DNA of 64,000 nucleotides from Candidatus Poribacteria bacterium (lineage in GTDB: Bacteria; Poribacteria; WGA-4E; PCPOR2b). A program made the translations under genes and the position numbers. The notes beneath the pieces are model-generated. The model saw only the letters and a list, made by a program, of their open reading frames with translations, did no database searches and was not told where the DNA came from. Below, in pieces: positions 10,589 through 19,019 of this stretch. The stretch spans positions 2,560,001-2,624,000 of the forward strand of contig OZ242351.1 of the NCBI GenBank assembly GCA_965208675.1, written 5' to 3'. Position 1 is the stretch's first letter, and each line of letters opens with the position of its first letter.

Positions 10589-10638
10589 AGATATATTTGT
10601 TCTCTTTTTGATGGGGCAAATATTAAGAGCTTGGAACC

Positions 10639-12039
10639 ATGAAATCAAATCATATCTCAAACACCCTATTCGCTGGGATACTGTTCTGTATGCTGATTAC
10701 TGCTTGTGATTCGGACGATCTAACCGATCCGGAGAAGATGGACATTGTGGATAAAAGGTTTTCCGGTGGGGAAACCACGGTTTTTGACGCAACCAGCCAT
10801 GCGTTTTCGACACCTGCCCCAAACCTTTCGGCAGACGGACTCGAAAAACACCTCGACGGAGACCTTGAATTTGAAGCAGTGTTTGTCACAGTGCCGGCGG
10901 AGGTCAACCCGGGGCTCGGTCCAGTTTACAACAATATCTCGTGTATCAACTGCCATGCGCGAGATGGACGGGGACGTGCACCGACATCCGGGGAAAAGCT
11001 CACATCAATGCTTTTCCGCGTGAGTCTTCCAAATACGGACGGTGACGTTACACATGGACCTGTCCCAGTTCCCGGTTTCGGCACACAACTCAACAACCGC
11101 GCGATTTACGGCGTGCCCCCAGAGGGGACGGTTACAATCAATTACACGGAAGGTGAACTCGCGACAAGCGACGGCGCGAAGGTGTATCTTCGCACGCCGA
11201 ACTACAGTATTGAAAACACATATCAACCGTTACCGGACGATGTTGAAATCTCTCCCCGCGTCGCCCCCGTTGTGTTTGGTTTAGGATTGCTTGAAGCGAT
11301 ACCTGAATCGACCATCCTCGCCTTGGCAGACGAGGAGGACCAGGATGGCGATGGCATTTCAGGGAAAGCGAATTACGTCTGGGATGTCCAGAAGAACGGG
11401 TTAAGCCTAGGTAGGTTCGGGTGGAAAGCAAATCAGCCGACGTTGCTTCAACAGGTCGCTTCTGCCTACCACGACGATATCGGTATTACAACTTCGCTAT
11501 TGCCGACCGAGAGTTCGGCTGGACAACCGCAATACGACGGTAGGGGTGACGACCCGGAACTCAGCGATGAAATTATGGACGTGGTGACGTTTTACATTCA
11601 AACCCTTGCAGTGCCTGCCCGCCGCAACCTTGACGACCCGGTTGTTCAGCGCGGCGAGGAACTCTTTGATAGCGCGGGCTGCACCGGATGCCATATCCCG
11701 ATGTTGCAGACGGGAACGCTGGCAGATGTGCCCGCGGTTTCTAACCAGACGATTTACCCATATACCGATCTGCTTCTGCACGATATGGGTCCGGGGTTAG
11801 CAGACTACCGCCCCGATTTCCTAGTGAGCGGATCGGAGTGGCGTACACCGCCGTTGTGGGGTATCGGGTTAATAAAAGTGGTCAACGGACACACCAACTT
11901 TCTCCACGACGGCCGCGCAAGAGGTTTGCTGGAGGCAATCCTGTGGCACGGTGGAGAGGCGGAACAATCGCGTGAGCGAGTTCAGCAGATGCCGGCAAGT
12001 GACAGAGAGGCGCTAATCGCGTTTCTGGAATCGCTGTAG
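10639..12039 (+). CDS. Di-heme oxidoreductase family (DHOR/DUF1111) lipoprotein
   Basis: Lipobox ITAC, CINCH and CTGCH, GRFGWKA, YTDLLLHDMG, WRTPPLWG, HDGRAR. Confidence 0.9.
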   Translation: MKSNHISNTLFAGILFCMLITACDSDDLTDPEKMDIVDKRFSGGETTVFDATSHAFSTPAPNLSADGLEKHLDGDLEFEAVFVTVPAEVNPGLGPVYNNISCINCHARDGRGRAPTSGEKLTSMLFRVSLPNTDGDVTHGPVPVPGFGTQLNNRAIYGVPPEGTVTINYTEGELATSDGAKVYLRTPNYSIENTYQPLPDDVEISPRVAPVVFGLGLLEAIPESTILALADEEDQDGDGISGKANYVWDVQKNGLSLGRFGWKANQPTLLQQVASAYHDDIGITTSLLPTESSAGQPQYDGRGDDPELSDEIMDVVTFYIQTLAVPARRNLDDPVVQRGEELFDSAGCTGCHIPMLQTGTLADVPAVSNQTIYPYTDLLLHDMGPGLADYRPDFLVSGSEWRTPPLWGIGLIKVVNGHTNFLHDGRARGLLEAILWHGGEAEQSRERVQQMPASDREALIAFLESL

Positions 12040-12126
12040 GAATGAAGTCCTATCATCCATTTAGGCATTGGACATTAGTTTTAATCTTTATGATGTAGTT
12101 TATGTCAACAATACTTGAGGAAAAAT

Positions 12127-12546
12127 ATGACCTTGCAAGTTCAAGAGGTTCAAAACAGCCCCAGCACCCCGCGTTTCATCATAGCAGCCAAGACGGACGA
12201 AATTAGACCGGGTAGCTGTATTGACGCAAAGCTAGAAGGGCATTGCATTGGTATCCACAATGTCGATGGACAGTATTACGCGGTCGACAATATTTGTCCC
12301 CATGTTGGCGGAGTTTTACACTCAGGTCAGTTAATGGACGGGGTTATCGTCTGTCCAATTCATCAATGGAAGTTTGATGTCAAGACGGGCGCGTGCATCT
12401 GGCCGGGGAAATGCGAGATTGCGACCTATCCCGTGAAGGTTGACGGCGACCACATTTTTGTTGATATCAATTCACCGAGCCGCCCAATCCAACATAACCC
12501 CATTCGAGTTTATCATACGAAGGCAAAACGGAGGGCAAAGCCGTGA
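12127..12546 (+). CDS. Rieske [2Fe-2S] ferredoxin (NirD-like)
   Basis: CPH...CPIHQWKFDVKTG. Confidence 0.85.
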   Translation: MTLQVQEVQNSPSTPRFIIAAKTDEIRPGSCIDAKLEGHCIGIHNVDGQYYAVDNICPHVGGVLHSGQLMDGVIVCPIHQWKFDVKTGACIWPGKCEIATYPVKVDGDHIFVDINSPSRPIQHNPIRVYHTKAKRRAKP

Positions 12547-12899
12547 TAACTGTCGCGAATCGAATTTACGTTGCGCCTGAATTTAGAGAAGACTTCGAGG
12601 CGCGTTTCCGAAATCGCGCACGCCTTGTCGACGGCATGCCCGGGTTCATATCAAATCAGGTGTTGCGGCCGGTAAATGACGATGACCCTTACGTGGTTTT
12701 TACACTTTGGGCATCACGCAAAGACTTTGAAAACTGGGTGGAATCGGATGAATTCCGGAAGGGGCATGCCCAATCCGGAACATTGCCCAAAGAGGCGTTC
12801 ACGCAATCGAACAAGTTAGAACTTCACGAGGTATTTCTCGATTCTTCTCGTCCGGACCTTGTGGAAGAGCCGCACGGCGGCGCATTCAGCGTACATTAG
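12543..12899 (+). CDS. ABM-domain heme-degrading monooxygenase (IsdG/HmoA-like)
   Basis: VANRI...FEARF..R...GMPGF...W..S..F..H. Confidence 0.8.
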   Translation: MITVANRIYVAPEFREDFEARFRNRARLVDGMPGFISNQVLRPVNDDDPYVVFTLWASRKDFENWVESDEFRKGHAQSGTLPKEAFTQSNKLELHEVFLDSSRPDLVEEPHGGAFSVH

Positions 12900-13046
12900 A
12901 ATGTGTAAAAACAACCGACATTCAGATTTCAGATAAAGGCTCACGAAGATGTACGACGAATTGTTTTCACACGAATCTATCAGTAAAACATATGAGCACA
13001 TTTGTACCGACACGGCGAGTGTGGCTCAATTCGTAAAATTACTTAT

Positions 13047-13067
13047 TGATACTGAGATTCGTTTTCA
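13047..13067. promoter_or_regulatory. Fur-like operator 3, overlapping a possible + strand promoter (TTGATA-17-TAAATG, 13046-13074)
   Basis: TGATACTGAGATTCGTTTTCA. Confidence 0.7.
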
Positions 13068-13082
13068 ATAAATGTGAAAAAA

Positions 13083-13242
13083 ACAGAAAGGGCCAACAAC
13101 AGGGAAAGGGACAGCACGCAACGGTCAATTGTTAGCTAGCTCCCGTATCCCCGTTGATTAGATGAATTGGGGCTTTTTTGCGCCCAATCGGGGCGAACGT
13201 TAGCAAATCAACAATTTCCCAAACGCGCCCCGCCCTTTCTGT
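13083..13242 (-). ncRNA. Candidate structured ncRNA, copy A (~160 nt)
   Basis: Terminal stem ACAGAAAGGGC/GCCCTTTCTGT; covarying inner stem; 22-nt block identical to copy B; G-U pairs favour the minus strand; U-tract at the 3' end. Confidence 0.7.
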
Positions 13243-13249
13243 ACAAATA

Positions 13250-13279
13250 AGAGTAAGCCAATCGCTTAACAAATGTCAA
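13250..13279 (-). promoter_or_regulatory. Minus-strand sigma70-like promoter for ncRNA copy A
   Basis: TTGACA-18-TACTCT, 7 nt before the stem start; same arrangement in copy B. Confidence 0.65.
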
Positions 13280-13343
13280 GAAAATAGTACGTCGTCGGTC
13301 AATGACGACGACATTAATAACCATTATCAGGTTGAGGATTTAT

Positions 13344-13598
13344 ATGATGAAACTAACCCCTATCCAATTTAGCATCTTGTTGTTGGTAATGGTGGCTGCA
13401 ACCGGTCTGGTGTTGTCTGGTTGTGAGAGCGACCCTTTGCTTGAACCGCAGTCTCAAGTCCCTGAAGAGACCGGCAGCTACGGCAATACGAATCTCCCGG
13501 TCAGTGGAACCGACAACTCGAACAATGCGGTCAACGCCGGTCAGAATAAAGATATTGACGGCAACCGCTACAGGAAAACCAATCCAGAACTCTTTTGA
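13344..13598 (+). CDS. Small lipoprotein, unknown function
   Basis: GAGGA RBS, hydrophobic leader, lipobox LSGC. Confidence 0.7.
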   Translation: MMKLTPIQFSILLLVMVAATGLVLSGCESDPLLEPQSQVPEETGSYGNTNLPVSGTDNSNNAVNAGQNKDIDGNRYRKTNPELF

Positions 13599-13617
13599 AA
13601 GTGTAGGGAACACATCT

Positions 13618-16089
13618 ATGCATCAGATTTTAGGAATTTTAATGACATTAATTCTTCTACTAGGCACGCCGAATCTTTGCTTTAGCTCAGTCGAGATTCG
13701 CGGTAAAGTTGTTGACAAAGAGACGGCACAACCGATTATGGGCGCCGCGGTTAGAATTGAATCCAATGGACAGGACTCGCGAGAGACAAAAACGGTACGA
13801 GATGGCACTTTCCATTTTGCTCAGGTTGACTTGGGGCAGATACTGATTAAGGTAAGTCTGATCGGTTATGATGATTATGTTGAGATGCTTGAGATAGATT
13901 CCGATACCACGCAAGCGTTAGACATAGCCTTGTTGAGCCGTCTCTTTGAATTTGCGCCCGTAGAGATCATTGGCAAATCACCGCAGATTAACAGAAAACT
14001 CACCGGCACTATTAGCGTATTGGAACCGCAATCGGTCGAGTTGATTCGCCCGGTTGGGACACAGGAATTGCTCGAACTCATGCCCGGCATAAACGGCTAC
14101 GCGGACGACGGATTCGGAAATTCGCGTTTGAGCATTGGCATCCGCGGTTTGAATCCGCGCCGGAGTGCGCGAGTCCTTATCCTAGAAGATGGTGTACCGA
14201 TTCAACCCGCGGTCTACATCTATCCGAATGCCTACTACAATCCGCCATCAGATAGAATCGATGCGGTGGAGGTCATTAAAGGGAGTGCCGCACTTCGTTT
14301 TGGTCCCCAAACAATGGGTGGGGTCATTAACTATACTACTCATAAACCGGTGGGGACCCGCCGCTTGGCAAATCAGTTGACTGTCGGAAATAACGGATTT
14401 TACAGCGCCTTCTCGGAGTGGCGGGGCCTCGGCAGCAAAAATATCGCTTCCGACGTACAACTGCTTTATAAACACGGCGACGGATTTCGGGAAAACAATT
14501 CGTTTGACCAAGCGAACGGCACCGTAAAGACGCTGTTCCAATTGAGTGAGCAAAAGACGCTCTATCTCAAAGCTAACGGCAATTTTGAAGACTCGAGCGC
14601 GACCTACACTGGATTGACGGAATACTCCTTCCGAACTGACCCAAACTTCAATCCGAAGGAGGACGATAATTTTAAGGTCATTCGTACATCGCTTGATCTA
14701 ATTTACACGAACAGGATTTCAAATAATCTCATAAGCAACACCACCGTATACACAAGCGTGTTTGACCGCCGATGGTGGCGCGAGGATGATATCTACGTTC
14801 GTCCTTCGGCAATTGAAACGGGGAATTTAGCGCCGGTCCCCTATTTTCAAACCGGGGACTTAGTGAGAATAGGCGGCGGAAAAGGGAATTTTGGAATCTT
14901 GAGGACGTTTTACGTCGGCGGCATAGAACAAAATTATTCCTTCAAACACCGCCTTGCCGGGACACACAGCAACGCTGACATTGGCGCACGAGTTCACTGG
15001 GAACGCTTTATCGACGATAAAAAGATTGGTGATGCTCCAGATGCACGCGACGGTGTCTACTACACTGGCACGCCGGTGGACGCCGAAGACCCCGTGAAAA
15101 TTGTGGGTCAAAGCCACCACTACGAAACCGCTGCCCTCGCACTCTATGCTAAAGAACAACTTGAGTGGGACGAGTTCACGCTGACTCCGGGACTCCGCTT
15201 TGAGGTGTTTAAGCAGGACCGAGTTGACCGGCTATACGGTTCTGTGCTAGCCGACAAGGTTTCTTCTGTTGTGTTGCCCGGCATAGGAGCAAACTATCAG
15301 CTCGGTAGATTCAATCTGTTCGGAGGGGTTCACAGAGGATATACAGCGCCATCCAGCGGAGCGTTAAAAATTACCAATTTCGGACAAAACGTCGACGCCG
15401 GCGGGCTCGACCTCAAGGCCGAAAAGAGTTGGAACATGGAAGCCGGTTTCAGGTCTTGGGGGCAGCGTTTGACCGTAGAAGTCACCGGATTCCTAATTAG
15501 CATCTCGGACATAGTCGCGGCAGGACGTGGTACAGCCTTTAAGAATTTAGGTAGAGTTGACAATTACGGATTGGAAACCGCGGTTGCAATCGGCGTTTCA
15601 CGATTCGCACCGTTGCTTCCCGACGTTAATCTTGCTTACACCTATCTCCAAACTGAAATCAAGAGCGGTATCGTCAAGTCCGCCACTATTGCCGGGAACG
15701 TAGATGTAGACCTCGTTGGAAACGAATTGCCCTACGCGCCGCGGCACACCTTGACTGTCGGATTGGCAAAACAGCTTGGTGATGCCCTGCGCTTGAGAGC
15801 AGACATGCGATTTGTCGACAAGGTCTTCACAGACTTTGAGAATATCGAACAGACGTTTAATCGCGGTGATACTGGCCCCATTCCGAGCTACACAATCGTC
15901 AATGCAAGTGCGGATTATAAAATTTCGAGCCAATGGAAGGCTTTTGTTGCGGGCAAAAACCTCTTTGACAAAGTCTACATCGGGTCGAGATTGCACTCGA
16001 ACGCCGGTCAACCAGAAGCAAACCTAAGCTCAGGTATTCTTGTTGGACCCAGGCGGCAGATACTTTTTGGTATCAAGCATGGGTTTTAG
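13618..16089 (+). CDS. TonB-dependent receptor, FecA-like, with N-terminal carboxypeptidase-regulatory-like domain
   Basis: IGIRGLNPRRSARVLILEDGVP, IDAVEVIKG...GGVINY, C-terminal F. Confidence 0.92.
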   Translation: MHQILGILMTLILLLGTPNLCFSSVEIRGKVVDKETAQPIMGAAVRIESNGQDSRETKTVRDGTFHFAQVDLGQILIKVSLIGYDDYVEMLEIDSDTTQALDIALLSRLFEFAPVEIIGKSPQINRKLTGTISVLEPQSVELIRPVGTQELLELMPGINGYADDGFGNSRLSIGIRGLNPRRSARVLILEDGVPIQPAVYIYPNAYYNPPSDRIDAVEVIKGSAALRFGPQTMGGVINYTTHKPVGTRRLANQLTVGNNGFYSAFSEWRGLGSKNIASDVQLLYKHGDGFRENNSFDQANGTVKTLFQLSEQKTLYLKANGNFEDSSATYTGLTEYSFRTDPNFNPKEDDNFKVIRTSLDLIYTNRISNNLISNTTVYTSVFDRRWWREDDIYVRPSAIETGNLAPVPYFQTGDLVRIGGGKGNFGILRTFYVGGIEQNYSFKHRLAGTHSNADIGARVHWERFIDDKKIGDAPDARDGVYYTGTPVDAEDPVKIVGQSHHYETAALALYAKEQLEWDEFTLTPGLRFEVFKQDRVDRLYGSVLADKVSSVVLPGIGANYQLGRFNLFGGVHRGYTAPSSGALKITNFGQNVDAGGLDLKAEKSWNMEAGFRSWGQRLTVEVTGFLISISDIVAAGRGTAFKNLGRVDNYGLETAVAIGVSRFAPLLPDVNLAYTYLQTEIKSGIVKSATIAGNVDVDLVGNELPYAPRHTLTVGLAKQLGDALRLRADMRFVDKVFTDFENIEQTFNRGDTGPIPSYTIVNASADYKISSQWKAFVAGKNLFDKVYIGSRLHSNAGQPEANLSSGILVGPRRQILFGIKHGF

Positions 16090-16157
16090 TCAAAACCTTT
16101 CAAACGAGAGGTTTAATCGGTTAAATTTTTAACCATTCAATTTGAAGAGGAGAACAA

Positions 16158-17483
16158 ATGAAAGTGTTTACCGAGCGGATTCTCTGGACAACTGTGCTAC
16201 TCTTGGCGACCAGCCTGTTTGTTGTAGGTTGCGGCGAGGATGACACGGAGGATCCTCTCACTGAAGAACCACCAGAAGGCGACGCCGCCATTCAGGTGCC
16301 GTCCGCTTACGTATTTGACAGTCGTTTCGTTGAAGGCAAAAGCAGCGTTTCCTATTCCGGACAGACGGTGCGCAATCTGCTGTTGCAAGACCTGAAAATC
16401 TTTATTGACAGTTTGGGCAAAGACGGCGCTCGAGCAGCAGCTGTTCAAGAAATGCTTAATCTTTATGATTACGACGATGGACTCAACCTTAAATCACTTA
16501 GTACCGCCGGCGCACTGCCAGTTTTGGAGAGCCATTATTCCTCGATTTCGACCGGCAAAAATCTGTCAGGGAAAATTTCGGGAGACGTCGTCATAGGCTA
16601 CGACCATACCGCGGACGAACTGGTGCGAGAGTGGTTTCAAATTATCGCGGATAACTCGGAAAACCCTGATAAACTCGGAACACCGGCGGTCTACACCGAT
16701 GACAACGGCGTTGACCTGACGCAGATGATTAACAAAGTACTTATCGGTGCGGTGCCTTACTATCAAGCCACGGGAGTTTATCTCGACAGCTTGCTAGACC
16801 GCGACAACAACGAGGCGCGTAATGGAACCGACCCCTACACCGCTATGGAACATGCGTGGGACGAAGCCTTCGGCTACTTTGGCGCTGCGCGAGACTATGC
16901 CCGCTATACCGATGAACAACTCGCCGGCAGCATCGATGATTTTACCTTTGACTCCAACGGCGACGGCAGCATCGATTTCAAGTCGGAGTATAATTTTGGA
17001 CTCTCGCGTAACGCCGGCAAGCGTGATAAAGGGGGCTCTGGCGTGAACTTCACGCAGGAGATTTTCGATGCGTTCCTCAAGGGCCGCACCCTAATCACTA
17101 ACCAAGGCACCGTGGCTGAAATCAGTCAACAGCGGCAGATCGCTGCAAACGGTATGGAGAAGGTAATCGCCGCGACAGTTGTCCATTATATTAACGATAC
17201 GCTCAGCGACATGTCCAAGCTGGGTACGGCGGATGAAAATCGCGTCAATCAAAATAAGCACTGGGCAGAAATGAAAGGGTTTACTGTAGCCCTGCAATAT
17301 AATCCGTTCAGGCTGATTAGCGACGGGCAACTCAGGGAATTGCACGGCATCATGGGTCAGGCGCCAGCCTACGACGCCCCCGGCAGCAACGGGTATGACA
17401 CGACGGTTGCGAACTACAACCGTGCGAAGACTGTGTTGCAGGAAGCGTATGGATTCTCCGGCGCCAATATGGCAAATTGGTAA
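16158..17483 (+). CDS. DUF4856-type lipoprotein
   Basis: Lipobox VVGC, SVSYSGQTVR, MEHAWDEAFGYFG, HWAEMKGF. Confidence 0.8.
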   Translation: MKVFTERILWTTVLLLATSLFVVGCGEDDTEDPLTEEPPEGDAAIQVPSAYVFDSRFVEGKSSVSYSGQTVRNLLLQDLKIFIDSLGKDGARAAAVQEMLNLYDYDDGLNLKSLSTAGALPVLESHYSSISTGKNLSGKISGDVVIGYDHTADELVREWFQIIADNSENPDKLGTPAVYTDDNGVDLTQMINKVLIGAVPYYQATGVYLDSLLDRDNNEARNGTDPYTAMEHAWDEAFGYFGAARDYARYTDEQLAGSIDDFTFDSNGDGSIDFKSEYNFGLSRNAGKRDKGGSGVNFTQEIFDAFLKGRTLITNQGTVAEISQQRQIAANGMEKVIAATVVHYINDTLSDMSKLGTADENRVNQNKHWAEMKGFTVALQYNPFRLISDGQLRELHGIMGQAPAYDAPGSNGYDTTVANYNRAKTVLQEAYGFSGANMANW

Positions 17484-17496
17484 GACTTAAACGATT

Positions 17497-18960
17497 GTGG
17501 ACGCACATAGGGAATCAGATCGTCGACATCTAGGCAGATTGGTGATACGCAAATTCTCGGATTTGCGTATCACTGAATTTAAAATGTGGTGTATTGTACT
17601 CGTCCTATGTGTGGCATCGCGGTTGCTTACAACCATATTCTACATCGAAGATTTGGATAGTCTCCGTTTTGCGTTGAGTATGGTTGACTATGATGTCGCC
17701 AAATTGCAACCCCACTTTCCGGCTTACCCCGTCTTCTGTTTTGTCGGCAAGCTGATTTATGCCGTTACGGGGCGTTATGCCTTGGCGTTTTCGCTCATCG
17801 GCGGCGTATCCATATTTTTGACGATTTTTTTCCTACTCAAGATTGCGGGAATTAGAATCACTTCGTCTGCCGGGCTAATTACCGTTTTCGTATTGTTCAT
17901 CAACCCGCTGCTGTGGTTGATGAGCAACCGCTACATGCCGGACGCGATGGGAGTTGGGCTCGTTTTTGCCGGTCTCTATTTCACAACAGTTAAAGACCAG
18001 AATCCGCGTAAAGTCGGGTTCGGGTTCTTTCTTGCGGGAGTCTTAGGTGGGGTGCGCCTCTCCTATCTGCCAATGCTCATACCCGCGCTATTCATGCGGT
18101 TGCGGACAAATTGGATGTCGTTAGGGTTTATCGCGGCGGGAACAGTTGGCGCTATCATTTGGCTAGTCCCTTTAGTTTTCCTCACCGGATGGGAAACACT
18201 GCTCCAAGCCGCTCAGACCCAAAGTCGAGGGCATCTTTTTGAATTTGGCGGCACTGTTGTTAGCCACCCCGAAATGTGGCTGCGAATAACGAAACTTCTT
18301 GAAGGCGTGAGGGCAGACGGATTCGGGCTTTATTGGGGCGGGCGGCATATAATAACCGCATGCACAACTATTACGCTGCTTGGAATTCTCGCCGCAAATT
18401 GGCGCCAGATAAAAAATGTCAAGCGGTCGAGTTTTCTGAGTGCCAGTTTTATCGGATGTGTGGTTTACGTCATCTGGATTTTCTGCTTTCAAAACGTCGT
18501 GAATAAGAGCCGGCATGTTCTGCCGTTAATCCCTTTTTTGGGACTTTTCATCGCGTTTGCCTGTGCTAGAATCGCCGGGCATCGGAACCGTATACTCAAA
18601 GTGGTTTTAGCCGGTTTCTTGCTCTGTTACGGATACGTTACGCTTCATCTGGTTGTGCAGCACAAAAATCCGACGGCGATTGCGCAGATATACCAGTATC
18701 TCAAGGCTAAACAGAGCGATAAACTATGTGTGGTCTCGGTGCCCCTAATAAAATATTACCTTGAATCTCAAGGGCTGAAAGCGGTCTATATCCCGATTAA
18801 AGATGAGGCTGACACCGTGAAACTTGACGAGCAGTTGAGCTCAGAATTCGTAGTCATCGGCAGCCCGCTGCATGGCCGGGCAATGAAAACTCGAAAGACG
18901 TTCTATCACAATCCGTATGTTAATCGGATGTGGTCTGAAATCCCCTTGTTTGAGTATTAA
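17497..18960 (+). CDS. Polytopic membrane protein, GT-C/PMT_2-like glycosyltransferase (start uncertain, possibly 17584)
   Basis: DxDSLRFAL...YD...QPHFPAYP loop followed by many TM helices. Confidence 0.65.
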   Translation: MDAHRESDRRHLGRLVIRKFSDLRITEFKMWCIVLVLCVASRLLTTIFYIEDLDSLRFALSMVDYDVAKLQPHFPAYPVFCFVGKLIYAVTGRYALAFSLIGGVSIFLTIFFLLKIAGIRITSSAGLITVFVLFINPLLWLMSNRYMPDAMGVGLVFAGLYFTTVKDQNPRKVGFGFFLAGVLGGVRLSYLPMLIPALFMRLRTNWMSLGFIAAGTVGAIIWLVPLVFLTGWETLLQAAQTQSRGHLFEFGGTVVSHPEMWLRITKLLEGVRADGFGLYWGGRHIITACTTITLLGILAANWRQIKNVKRSSFLSASFIGCVVYVIWIFCFQNVVNKSRHVLPLIPFLGLFIAFACARIAGHRNRILKVVLAGFLLCYGYVTLHLVVQHKNPTAIAQIYQYLKAKQSDKLCVVSVPLIKYYLESQGLKAVYIPIKDEADTVKLDEQLSSEFVVIGSPLHGRAMKTRKTFYHNPYVNRMWSEIPLFEY

Positions 18961-19019
18961 CGTGAGAGTAGAGAGACGTTACTCACATCCAAACTCAATA
19001 TCGCTGAGTAGACAAAAAC

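Noticed and set aside
13083-13270. Cobalamin riboswitch reading of the leader (CGCAAC, AAGCCA)
   Set aside because: No B12-box or GGGAA..GGTG core in the right order; AAGCCA lies in a minus-strand promoter spacer, and G-U pairs favour the minus strand.
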